Assembly (NCBI GenBank): GCA_001938485.1
Contig: MQRK01245452.1
Span: 1-64,000 of the forward strand
Source: Girardia tigrina
Lineage: Eukaryota
Direction of reading: 5' to 3'
DNA: 64,000 bases
Made by a program: the position numbers and the translations under genes
Notes under the pieces: model-generated
Told to the model about the DNA's origin: nothing
Database searches by the model: none
The model's input: the letters and a program-made list of their open reading frames with translations, nothing else
Part shown: piece by piece, positions 1 to 12,028 of the stretch
Position numbering within the stretch: position 1 is the stretch's first letter
Layout: the number at the start of each line of letters is the position of its first letter

Positions 1-1402
1 AAATATTAATCTCGTTAATTCGATTTTTATATTTTGTTTAAATATTCCGGACTTTGCGAAAAACGTGTTTTTTAGATTTAATACAATTTAGGAACGTGTT
101 ATTCATTTTCATTCTCTACAACAGTTTAAAAAGTAAAAAAAAGGTTTTAAAACCTAAAACAAACTTGTACAATAATTAAAATAAACAAAAATCTTAAAAT
201 AAAGAGTTTAAATTAATTAAAACTGATATATTTTAAAAATAAAATATGTAGTAAAAAATTTAAAATAAAGAAATAAGTTAAATTGATTTTTATAAAAATA
301 AATTGGGTAAAAATTTTCATGTAAAATGAAATTATTTTGAAAGTAATTTAAGTTAAGTTAAATAATTTTTGAACGAAATAATTTTGAAAATCAAAAGTTT
401 ATTGTTAGATATTCTAGGAACATACTCAAAATTATTATTAAAAGTTAATTCCAAAATCCAAATATTATTTTAATACACAGTTTTAAAATAAATGATTAAC
501 ATATATCTTTAAAAAAATTTTTTTTGAGAAATAATTTGTCTTATAATTGGTAAAAATAAAAGTACTTATAATATTAATATTTTATGTTTTTTAGGTTTTT
601 AAATTTTTGCCTTTAATAAATTTTATCAATTTTAAACTACGATGACATTATCAAATACTTAATCATTTTGTGAAATTTTATTAAATTATAAAAATCTCTA
701 TTATCATTCTCTAATTAATTACCTTATTAATTAATTAATTAATTACCTTACCTTATTTCAAAGTTTCTACATTTTCATTATCTAATATTTACTTTTAATT
801 AAATTTTATAATTTCAAATTGTAACATTTACAAACTATTTAATAGTTTCATTAAATTTTATTATTTTGAATTATTTTATAATTATCAAATAATTACTTAT
901 TTTAAAAATTTCTACATTTAATTGGTATATTTAATTTTAGATTATTTCAAAAAGTGTAGTAACATTTCTTAATTACTAACATTTATAATAAATTAAATTT
1001 AAAATAAGTTAAATATGTTTGAAAAAAAGTAGTAAATTTCATTTTTTGACTCTTTTGATTTTCAAACTTTATGTACTTTTTATTTTGTTAGGATTTTAAA
1101 TTATAAATTGTGATGAATTATTTGGAGAATTGAAAATTTTTAATAACTCCTTATATCAATAGGCCAGCTTTATTAAACATCAACCGGAAAGGAACATAGC
1201 ATCAATCTATGATGAATCTTAAAACCCTAGGAAACGTTTTACTTAATAAAATATTATAAAAAAAATTATTTCTAAAAATTGAAATGTTCATTATATTTAT
1301 TAAAATTATCCAATCAAATTTTCGAAAATTGAAAATTAAATTTCAAATATTCCCTTTTATTATTTAATTATTTATTATTTATCTTTATAAATTAACTTTA
1401 AT

Positions 1403-2488
1403 ATGAATATTTTTGAAAAGTTATCACAAGCAAATATGGAAAATAAAATTGAAATTTACAAATCGTTATTCATACGTAAAAATTCTAAAAGCAATTTACA
1501 CGACATGATTAAATACAAAAGCATAGAGTGTCTCGGAGAAGGAGCTTTTGGAAAGGTGTACAAAGCGATCAACCAAAAAACAAATGAAGTTTGTGCCATT
1601 AAAGTATTGAAACAGGATCAAGATGAAGAACGATCTGATGTTCTGATGGTTCGAGAAATCGTAATATTGAAAAAGTTAAAACACAGAAACATTGTCGAAT
1701 TAAAAGACATGAGTTTAGAAGAGTCGAAGGAAGATAGATCGATCATCACTTTCTTTTTGGTGTTTGAGTTCTGCGACAAAACACTAGAAGATTTGATATT
1801 CGACTTTCTTTCCTTGAGTGATAAAATCTCAATTATGAAGCAATGTCTCAGCGGTGTCGACTATATGCACAGTAACAAGGTCTTTCATCGCGACTTGAAA
1901 CCGGAAAATATTCTCATCAAAAATAATAATATTGTAAAAATCGCCGACTTTGGATGGGCAAGACTGTTTGAAGAATCGAAAGACGAAAAAAGAGCTCAAT
2001 ATACACCGAATATTGTAACATTGTGGTACCGATCAATCGAGTTACTGCTCCTTTCATATACATATGATCAATCGATTGACATTTGGAGTTTAGGATGCAT
2101 ATTTTATGAACTGTTTGCAAAACGTGTTTTATTTAAAGGACGAAATGAATTAAAACAATTTAAACGGATAAGAGACATATGTGGTGATGTTAGTGAAGAA
2201 GAATGGTTGAACAAATGTAATTTGAAAATACGATTTAAACTAAAACCATCAACGAACAGTAGAAAGAATTTGAAAGAACTTTTGAAAAGTGATGTAAACC
2301 ACAAAGATACAGAAGATGTGATATGTTCAATGTTGAAGTTAAATTCTGAAGAAAGACCTTCGGCAAGTGAGATTTTAAGAAGCCGATTATTTGACAATTC
2401 GGAAGAGGAAATCAAAGAAAACGACGAGGAAGGAAATCATTTGGAGGAATATTTAGTGGAAAAAGTCAAAAAATTAAGTTTAAAATGA
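1403..2488 (+). CDS. Divergent cyclin-dependent kinase (CMGC/CDK family, CDK9/12-like inserts), single exon, 361 aa
   Basis: Uninterrupted ORF with GEGAFGKVYKA, AIK, DVLMVRE (PSTAIRE position), LKHRNIV, LVFEF, HRDLKPEN, DFGWAR, VTLWYRSIELLL and DIWSLGCIF. All catalytic residues are present. The subfamily cannot be resolved by eye. Confidence 0.9.
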   Translation: MNIFEKLSQANMENKIEIYKSLFIRKNSKSNLHDMIKYKSIECLGEGAFGKVYKAINQKTNEVCAIKVLKQDQDEERSDVLMVREIVILKKLKHRNIVELKDMSLEESKEDRSIITFFLVFEFCDKTLEDLIFDFLSLSDKISIMKQCLSGVDYMHSNKVFHRDLKPENILIKNNNIVKIADFGWARLFEESKDEKRAQYTPNIVTLWYRSIELLLLSYTYDQSIDIWSLGCIFYELFAKRVLFKGRNELKQFKRIRDICGDVSEEEWLNKCNLKIRFKLKPSTNSRKNLKELLKSDVNHKDTEDVICSMLKLNSEERPSASEILRSRLFDNSEEEIKENDEEGNHLEEYLVEKVKKLSLK

Positions 2489-3069
2489 ATCGTTTTTTAC
2501 TTATATTTATAAAAAATATTAGTGATTTTATTATTGATGAAACGGTGTTTGTCGTAAGAATTTGTGAGATTGTTCGAGGAAAAAGCGTTCATTTCAGACG
2601 AAAAAAAAATCGATTTGAAAAAAATATTTTTGCGAGTTTTATTAAGTGAAAAAGGATTTGGTTGAAGAAATGAGAAAGAATTAACGTGGAAAATACGAGT
2701 GTTTTCAAATGGGGAAAGAAATGAAATTTAAAATCGAAAAAGCATGGTTAAGAATCTTTATTCATTTTAATTACAATGTCAAACAATTACTATCTAATTT
2801 TTTTTATAGTAATGATTTAATGAAAAATGTTTAAAAAGAAAGAACAAATAGAATTGATACAAAAAACATATTAATCAAGCCAGACCATTACCGCAGAAAT
2901 GGCTAGTGAAAATATTTTTGTTGTTAATAAATGTTTACACTCAAATTGTGACGTTGCTAATAACGATGAATGCTGTCTTAGGATCACACTCACGTAAAAT
3001 ATTTATATGAAACATGTAAATATGAATACATAAATATATATCATGTCGTATATTATTTTTTGTTGATAG

Positions 3070-3187
3070 AGGTCTTTTCCTCATCAATGAAAAGGGTATA
3101 ATTCGGCAAATAACAATTAACGATATGCCCGTCGGTCGGTCAATTGATGAAACGCTTCGCCTTGTTCAAGCATTTCAGTACACAGAC
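3070..3187 (+). pseudogene. Orphan exon fragment of a typical 2-Cys peroxiredoxin (Prx1/2 type)
   Basis: After a T-rich acceptor (ttttttgttgatag) it reads (R)[39 protein letters not shown], matching the Prx1/2 C-terminal region. It stops before the resolving VCP, and no other Prx exons were found. Confidence 0.85.
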
Positions 3188-3214
3188 ATGAAATTACTTT
3201 TACTTTTTTAGTGA

Positions 3215-3263
3215 CAAAATTACTTCGGGATATCAGAATATTAGAGATAATCGACTTTGACTG
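3215..3263 (-). mobile_element. pogo/Tigger-type terminal inverted repeat (solo end)
   Basis: TTAGAGATAATCGACTTTGACTG followed by TA, i.e. a TA-CAGTCAAAGTCGATTATCTC terminus typical of pogo-like elements. Confidence 0.5.
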
Positions 3264-3829
3264 TATGTAGATATACCTTATGACTCGAAAGATTGAAGTA
3301 AAATTTAGAGAAAATTACAAGTCGCAGTAAATTTGAAAAAGAATTCAAGAAATTCTAAAATTGATTTTATTTTTTTCATTTTTTCTAAATTTTATTTCTT
3401 CTCTTTTTTGTGTTATATATATATATTTTATATAATGTCGACTATTATATAAAATTTATTTTATTCTTGAATTTATTATTTAATTTAAAAGAATTATAAT
3501 TATCAAAATTTTTCACAATATTTTAAATTCTTTATTATAGTCCATTTTCTTTTGATCTTTACAATTTAATATATGATTAAGAATAAAGCTGTTTCAACTC
3601 GATTAATTAATAATGTTAAGAATCTTCTGTTTTATCACTGCTTTGTTTTTTTCATTCTGTTTTGTCCTGTTCTGTTTTATCTTGTACAGTTTTATCACGA
3701 ACCTGTTTTATGATTGTGTTTTTCCTACTCAGTTTGAACATTGATTATTTGAATATTTTAAAACGTCGGTGTAAAATATAGACAAATTGGAAAAAAAGGA
3801 TTATAACAAATATATCCATAACAGCGATT

Positions 3830-4080
3830 TTATTGTCGTGAAATTGATTTCATGCATGAGAAACTTAAAAAAACAACCAGCATTGCTCAATCGGCACGAC
3901 CCCATTTTTTTGCACGATAACGCAAGACCCCATAAAGCTTCGATTACTGTTGACAAATTAAATTCTCTACAATATGAAATTTTACTACATCCTCCATATT
4001 CACCTGATATTTCATCGACCGATTACTACCTTTTTCGTTATTATGAATTATTTTGAAGAGAAAAAAAATACATTCAAAAA
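3830..4080 (+). mobile_element. mariner transposase C-terminal fragment
   Basis: IFLHDNARPH ... HPPYSPDISSTDYYLFR motifs. Confidence 0.85.
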
Positions 4081-4232
4081 GGCATATATGTTTTGCCCAA
4101 TCGTTTGCAAAAGTCGTAAATGTCAATGGGAATTATTTCAATTGAATAAAATAAATAATGTGAAATTAGCGCTTTTCGTTTTTTTATTTTCATTAGTTTT
4201 CATTGTTTTTATAATAATAATAATGTGGGTTC

Positions 4233-7200
4233 TTATATAGTGCTGATTCCCAAATGAACTCAGCTGAAAGCGCTCTACAGTCACACCAATAAGTCTTTGT
4301 GCTATATTTTGAGCAACATACACTTGCCACGAAGGTTTTCTGTCTAATTGATATCCGAATTCCGGGCATTTTTTCATTAAAATTTATTCTGGTGCCGCGG
4401 AATTTTCTCCATTCATTTAAAATGACATTCTTGGGAACATAAAATCGACGTATTCTCATTTCTCAGTATTCTGAAATTCTTACCAACAGCTTCCATAAAC
4501 TGATTCTGCCACAGCACTTTTTTCCTTCAAAACAGTCAATATATCTTTCACCATCTCGCAGGGTGGAAACCAAATCGATTTCGGGCTTTTGCAAGGCTGA
4601 AGAAAGTTGTTGCAGAGTTCCAGTGGTTGCTAGTGCACATGTGAGACCAATAACAAAGTCTGAGTGACTAAAGCTATTTTTGAGCACTTCAGCCAGAGAA
4701 TTTCCAGCATCGGATAGCAAACATAGTGTTTTGTAAATTGGAATTATATGCACAAGAAATGCGTAGAAGTGCTTCATGGCGCTCAACCAAATGACTTTCA
4801 CTCAATCTAAGAATTCCTATTGTTGAGGAAGTTGGATCGTTTTCGATTATCACCTCTTTTAGCTTCCCAGTTTGTAAGAGATATGAAGAAAAAAACTGAT
4901 AATCTCTGATACTACACCTAGTATGTTCTTTATCACTGGAATATTACACGCTTTACAGACAACGAGATTGAAGCGGTGGCTGGCACAGTGTGTGTAGAGT
5001 GCCAGGGGAGCCAGCCTTGAAATATGACCTTGAACACTTTCATGACGTCCACCTAAGCTTTTCTAATGACAGATTGAACTGTGACATAAGCTGTAGCAAA
5101 GTTGAGGTAATTCCTTCTCCTGTTAAGTCTTTGACCTCTACAATGGTCAAGAAATCGTCTCTTATTGTATTTTGGTGCATATAACGGACAACGAAGAAGA
5201 GTTGTTATGTTATGGATTCATCCGCGGTTTCATCAGCAAGGATGCCAAAGAAGTTTGAATTTTGAATCTGAATCACTATTTTTCTTGAATTAAGATTCTG
5301 GTGGTGTCGATCAGCTTATTTTGGATACGATTGCTGAAATACATTGTCCCACTTTTCATGTTCTCCAAATGGCTAGCAAGATGGACATCTCCAGCATCAA
5401 TTCTAAATTTTAAAAGGCCTTTGAAAATTCCATGATTTTCTTGTTTTTACCACGTTTTTCTTAGCTTGGTTTCTTGTCTGTCTGTCTGTCTGTTTGTCTG
5501 TCTGGAACAAATCTTGCGATTGATTTTTCTACCACTTTCAGTCATCCAATTGAGCTGAATTTTTTTATACAGGCTTGCTTCCGATGACAATACAATATTT
5601 TGAAACATTTACGGCTCTACGTAAACCGCATATGCTATAATTTAACTTTATGAAAATTTTAACTTTATGAAAAAAATCAATAATATTAATTAATACGTAC
5701 AAAAAAATTATTTTGAAATAAAACTTGCTTTTATTAAAATAAAACTTTGTAATTTTGGTTTTATTATCATTTCTGTTATTCGAAATCAATCGAAAGATTT
5801 GAATTCCTAAATGATAACTAAAAATAGTTAAATAATATTATTAATAAAAAAATTTTTTATAAAAACAACTACGTTTTTCAAGCATTATCAATGCACTGAA
5901 AAGAGGAAAATATTTTTTTTCTAGACATGTGCGAAATTTTTATACCTAACCAAAAACGTGGGTCATATAAATGATCGATTGTTACTAAAAAGCAGTAAAG
6001 AGGAAATAGCAGTTACTAATAGAAGTAATTCAGAAATCCGCCCCACGTTTTTGATTAGGTATAAAATTTCGCACATGTCTAGAAAAAAAATTATTTTCCT
6101 CTTTTGGTGCATTGGTAATGCTTGAAAAACGTGGTTGTTTTTATAAAAAATTTTTTTTATTAATAATATTATTTTATTATATGCTACATTTATATTAATT
6201 AATTTCAAATGCAAATTAATTCAAATCCAGATCAGTGCATTTTGCTGGACATTGTCTTTCTAAGGCGCTTGTCTTTCTGGGAATTTGACGGTCGAATTTT
6301 TATTTCCATTGTATCATTTGTTGTATATGATAATATTAGTAATAATGGTAATTAATAATGGATAATATCAAACAAGTAAATGGTAATTATAAAACAAACG
6401 AAAATGCATTAAACAACGATCTTTGAATAATTTCAGGAAATAAATAAAATTTCAAATCATGCTTGACAAACAGATTGATAAAATAGAAGCATCTTCGTCG
6501 ATCTCATTTTGAAAACAGAATTTCAATGTTTAATAATACATTTCTGCAAACAATTTATAAATATTTACAATCTTCTATTTCATCAAGATAATTCTTTGAA
6601 ACACTTTTACACTTTCAGCAGCATTCGAGCAGCCTATTTCTATTCGAAATAAGCAAAGAGAAACGTAAGATTTTTCCTTGCTTTTCGACACTGAACTCTT
6701 TATTCGACGCTTTCGTCAGATTAATAAATAAATAAACAAACAAACATTCGAAAGCACAATCAACAATGAAAACACACACGTCAAGCACGAAAGAAACATC
6801 AGAGCACTCGAAAGTTAATACAAAGGTTAAAAAACATGCACATAAAATAATCACACCGTGTCAGTAAGTAGGACACTACAGTATGCATGTGACTTAGATC
6901 TCTCCCTCTGGTTGTGAATTTTAATCATTTTTATACTAATTGAGTAACATTGTATTTTTGTACGTTTTAGGCGGGTCCAGTGGTCAAACCTATCTTCTTT
7001 TGTGGCATCCATGGATTGCCACTTTGTGGACATAGAGAACATTCGGAACTTAATTTTAAATAACATTATTAATAAAAAAATTTTTATAAAAATTATTTTA
7101 TAAAAATAATTTTATTTTAAACCAAATTTTAATACTTCTACACTTAATTATCACTTGAGTTTCTCAATATTTGTTCAATTTATTATTTTTTTTCCGTACA

Positions 7201-8514
7201 TCCGTAAAGTAAATGTTTTAAAATATTGTATTGTCATCAGAAGCAAGCCTGTATAAAAAATTCAGCTCAATTGGATGACTGAAAGTGGTCGAAAAATCAA
7301 TCACAAGATTTGTTCCAGACAGACAAACAGAGAAACAGACAGACAAGAAACCAAGCTAAGAAAAACGTGGTAAAAAAGAATCAATACGCAATTGATGAGT
7401 TAATTTATAAAAATCTGCATTAGAAAACAATTGCTTCCCAATTACCATGCAATGTCAACTGCCGACCCAATTCTTTTGCTGGAAACTTTTGTTAGGGTCT
7501 GTGATTATTTTTTATATTTGTTATTTTTTTGTTAATTAATTAATATAGTTTTATTTGTTATTTGCATTATTTTATTTTGTATTTTTTATTTTTTTTGCTT
7601 GTAAAGCCTTTATTTGGAATTAACGCTGAATAAAGGTTTTACACATACCATTGGTTGGAAATTTTATTCATTTTCAATTTTACTTATTGTCTTAATCACT
7701 AGTTTGTAGTTTTTATTCATAAACTCTAATTTCTCTACTCGTTTACATATCCTCTTGTAGTACAAACAAGTCTGCCTCTGTTACTAAATTCTGTTTGTTT
7801 TCTTCTATTTGTTGTTTGTGAGAATAATCCAGCTTCGATATCATATCTTCTTCACCTTTAGATACCCGAATAAAATTTTCTACCATATATGTGCACCTCT
7901 TGTGATAAGTGGTCGCCTGATGGTTGTTCAAATCCCTTCAGAAAAATGGAAGATATTTTTAATACGATAAAATTTTAAAATTAATTTCCCGGGATCTGCA
8001 CTAGGAGTCCATGGTTTGTTAGGTAATTAACTTTTTCGTTAACAGTCAATCGCGTATCTTCAATCATTTTGCAGGTATTACCAATATCAATTGGTGAATA
8101 TAAAGTTTCTACTTCTCTGGCAGAGTCACTGGTGCTTGGAATTATAAAACTTGAGATTTAAGTGCTAGCAATTGTTTCAATGAAATCAACTGATTCTTCC
8201 TCAATTGATTGCTTTGACTTTTTCGAAAAAGTATCGATTTTACGATACTCAGATGTATGCTTCTTCATTTGAAAATTCTGCAAAAAAAACCAAAGAATTG
8301 TAATTAATACTAAATTAAAACACCGCTTTCAATTACTTATTTTATTATTAAACAATATCAAAATTAATAATTAAATACAAATTGAAATGCTATACGAATA
8401 CGAATTTAATGACAAAAAATAACATTTTAGTAACGTACACATAGCTAAAAAATATTTTTTGAAGTCTCTGGGGGGGGGCACGGCCCCCATAGCCCTCCCT
8501 TATGCACGCTACTG
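4233..8514 (-). mobile_element. Decayed hAT transposon (P52rIPK/ZMYM1-like transposase), split by insertions at about 5444-7730
   Basis: Minus-strand frames give NHGIFKGLLKFRIDAGDVHLASHL, FGILADET and HCASHRFNL, with an N-terminal part at 7745-7935. A GC-rich hAT-type terminus CAGTAGCGTGCATAAGGGAGGGCTATGGGGGCCGTGCCCCCC lies at 8470-8514. Confidence 0.8.
5444..7376. mobile_element. Foldback-like composite of DINE-1/HINE-like elements
   Basis: Outer inverted arms of about 170 bp (5444-5615 and 7205-7376) start TTTTTACCACGTTTTTCTTAGCTTGG followed by (GTCT)n. An inner inverted repeat of about 130 bp (5831-5962 and 6041-6173) surrounds a spacer of about 79 bp. Confidence 0.75.
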
Positions 8515-9060
8515 CTTCTATCCACACTGAACGGTTTTAGCCAGAACTACATATGACAGTCTTAACCAACCTTAGCGACGTCTCAGTTTGCATCAGTAAA
8601 CTTTTTGAAATTAATTGAGAAAGTTTCATTAAATAAATTAATTCTCACGTAACATTTTCTAGACATTAAACATGACATCCATATTTATGTATATGTCTTC
8701 ATATCAAGTTTCTCTGTAAACAATAAAAAGAGAGGTTCTATTCATATTATACCACCATTTCGATTATCTGCTACCAATTCCACAAAGGGTCAAATCAATT
8801 GTATCCTCATCTATACTACCTTCCCAATATCATCATGGAATTTCTTCGCTCATCATTTTTAATAGAAAAAATTTAGAACTTTTTTTGTTGAATTTTTAAA
8901 AAGAATTTTGTCAAATAAATCGGACATTTGACAAAAAAACGTCATTTTAAATGAATTTAGTTTGTATAAATTTTTACGACTACAACACTGCAAATGTATT
9001 TACAAAATTTATAAAATATTTATTACAAAATTACATGTTAAACATAGAAACAATTTACTA

Positions 9061-11988
9061 TTACAATCTAGAACGAGGACAAGGTGGTAAAATAAATCCA
9101 CCAAAAACACCTAATTCATATAAACATGAAAACGTTATGATTAGAATGTATAAAATTAAAAATATAAATCCTAGCAGTCGATTAATTCTCCATTTGCTTA
9201 TCATTATCAAAGCGACCATAATAACCAAAGCGGAAAGAAGCGTGATAACGGTATATAGCATGCCAGAACTTGACACTGGTATTACTGACCCTGGAGAAAT
9301 AAAACTAGTTCTGATCATCCATGGAAGGCCAAGACAAATAAGAATGTCAAAAACATTACTTCCAAGACTGTTTGATAAAGCCATGTCACCATAACCTAAT
9401 AAATATTCAAATTCCATATTATTAATAAAAATAATAATTTTTATAATAATAATAATAATTTAAGGAAACTAAAAATAATGTGCTTGATAAAAGAAAAAAA
9501 TCATTAAAAATTTTTAAGGCTATAAACAAAATCTTCAGTTTCATCAAAATATTTATTTATTTTTGTTAAGATTTTGCCCATTTGAAATTTTTGAATATTT
9601 GATTTTTTAACATGTAAAATATTTAAACTCCACTATCTAATAAAAATATTGTGTAAAAAATTGATATCTAAGTTAAAATAAAAAAAACAAGTGTTTTTTA
9701 ATTTAATTGTAATAAATTATTAAAGTTAAGTTTTTTTAGCAAAATCAAAAATTAATTGTTAGAGCTAAGTTTAAAATTCAGAATTATTTATTTCACGAAT
9801 AATTAAAACAAAGTTCTAACGTAAAAGAAAATCAAAGGAATAAATTTTTAAAGTTCAGTTTAAAATCAAGAATAATGTTATAAGTAAATTAATATGGATG
9901 ATTAAATTAAAATACAAATAATGGAATTGTAAAATATTAAACAAACGAAAATTTTTTAAATCCATTGAAATAGTATTAATAAAAATTTTAAATTTAAGAT
10001 AAAATTGTAAAGAATCGCATCTTTACGATTTATAGAAAAACTTAAAATTCCGAAAAAATAATTATTCACAAATTAAAATCGGTATATTATATTTATATTT
10101 ATATTTAAAATGTTGATATCTGGATTATGCAAATTGAAAATATGTTCCACAAAAATTTGTTTAAAAATTGTTATATTGATGTATTAATAAAAGTTGTTTC
10201 ATGAATTCTGCATTTAATCTAGAACCGAATAATTTTATTATTAAAAATTATTTCAACCCCTTATGGATAAAAGACTTGGTCTGTGACAATGTTCCCTACT
10301 GCCTGAAAGAGGTCAAATTGAAGTAAGAGGTATGTTACGAAAAATTTAGAAAATAAGGTCGTCGCCGAGATATCTTTATTTGTTGATCTACGAAGGCATT
10401 TGACAGTGTCTTTAGTGAACTTTTCTTAGCACATCTAATGGAAATAAACATATTGCATAAGATTTTAAATTTAACAAAATTCTATTACTACAATCGTACT
10501 ATCTTCTTGAAGATATTTAATTTAAGTTAAATAAAAGTGATATGCATGTTTGTGTGGTGAAAGCCTGTTTACTCAACAATATATCTCTCGAAATAATGGA
10601 AAACTTCAAATAAACTTCTCTATAGAAATGACGTTCTAAAGTAAAAAGGGTACATTGTTCCTAGTCAATGGTGGTGGCCGCAAAGCTCATGTCTATATCA
10701 CTGACATCGTTGTAGAAATGACTTTCATGAATGATATATTTACTTTTATCAAAGAATACTTAAAGCCGAAATCCGAAAAAAAAGATATTTAACTGGGATA
10801 AGAGTAAATAAGTACGATGCGGAAATTAAAAGAGATGAAGTCAACCCTCTGAAAAGAAACTTTTTGAATTCAAAATATTACATGTAGCTAATTTTCAATT
10901 ACTAACGGCAAAGTTCATATTAGCTCCGTTATACTGAAACAAAACTCTCCAGATAAATTAATTTGTGTACAGTGAACTCTTATAGCATATCCTTCAAAAG
11001 GATACTGCTCCTATTGTTGCATTACGATTCTGGTCTAAATAAGTTTGACGAGAAATTAAGTAATCATTAAAGGATCATAACACCAACGTCGATTTTTGTA
11101 TTTTCAAAGTTCTCCATTCGTTTGTTTATTAAAACTACAGATTTAATTTTTTAATTTAATTTTTTGATTTCATATTTCTTTATCATCGTCACTCCGAATC
11201 CCTACATCCAGATAAATACTTTTCTTTAATTTTTAAAAAAAATTTAAACTTGATTTTGATTACTAATTTCCAAATTTAAACTTATATGATTATTATCATT
11301 TCGTTATTATTATTTTAATTATTTTCTTATTCTATTCTGAAGTCATTATTCACAAATATTTCGACAATTTGGTAGAAACATCAAAGAGCAGAACTATTTC
11401 ACTTTCTCCGTATTTTTTGAACAAAAGGGTTACTAATTTTCCTTTCATTAGTATCATTTTCCTTAATATTCAAAAGCTTTGCTTCACTGACGTGTAAGGT
11501 AAACAAATTACTGAACATATCTATAGTAACAAAATTAAAAATTCCCAAAGCAATCACGCTTTAACCAACAACAAATTTTTCCTGCATTTTTTATTTTTTT
11601 ATCAAAAATAAACAAAATATATTTTGTCAAAAATAATAAACAAATATAAATTAAAAACCAGTAAATCAAAACATTAGATTTTTTATGTCCATTCTTTAAG
11701 CAGACAGAACTCTACTTTATCAACAAAGTTTTTAAAATTGAAAAAATTTTAATTAAAAAACACAATAATAATTAATATAAACTACTGGTAATTTATAAGT
11801 AGATATTTTTAATTAATATTTTTCAGAAACTCCGAATATTGCGTATTTTCTAATTTTGGGATTTTAAAGTTTTTTTCTATCAAATTTTCACATAATCATT
11901 TATTGTCATCGAGAATGAGTAAGTGTGCAAAGTTTGAAGAAAATCAATTGAGTAAAATCCTTGAAAAATAGGTTTTTAAATTTCATAG

Positions 11989-12028
<40 letters not shown>

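Noticed and set aside
1-1130. Extremely AT-rich tract with faint resemblance to 9480-10260 and to Penelope ORFs
   Set aside because: Too low in complexity to support a call by eye.
1205-1240. TGATGA...GAAAC upstream of the CDK
   Set aside because: The core is imperfect and the stems do not pair.
5963-6214. [26 protein letters not shown] repeated at 27748-27990
   Set aside because: It comes from the repeated HINE module; there is no evidence it is coding.
8951-9394. 147-aa plus-strand ORF and similar shadow ORFs (17280, 17485, 2104, 40851, 40861)
   Set aside because: Antisense or alternate-frame shadows of real exons, with no motifs of their own.
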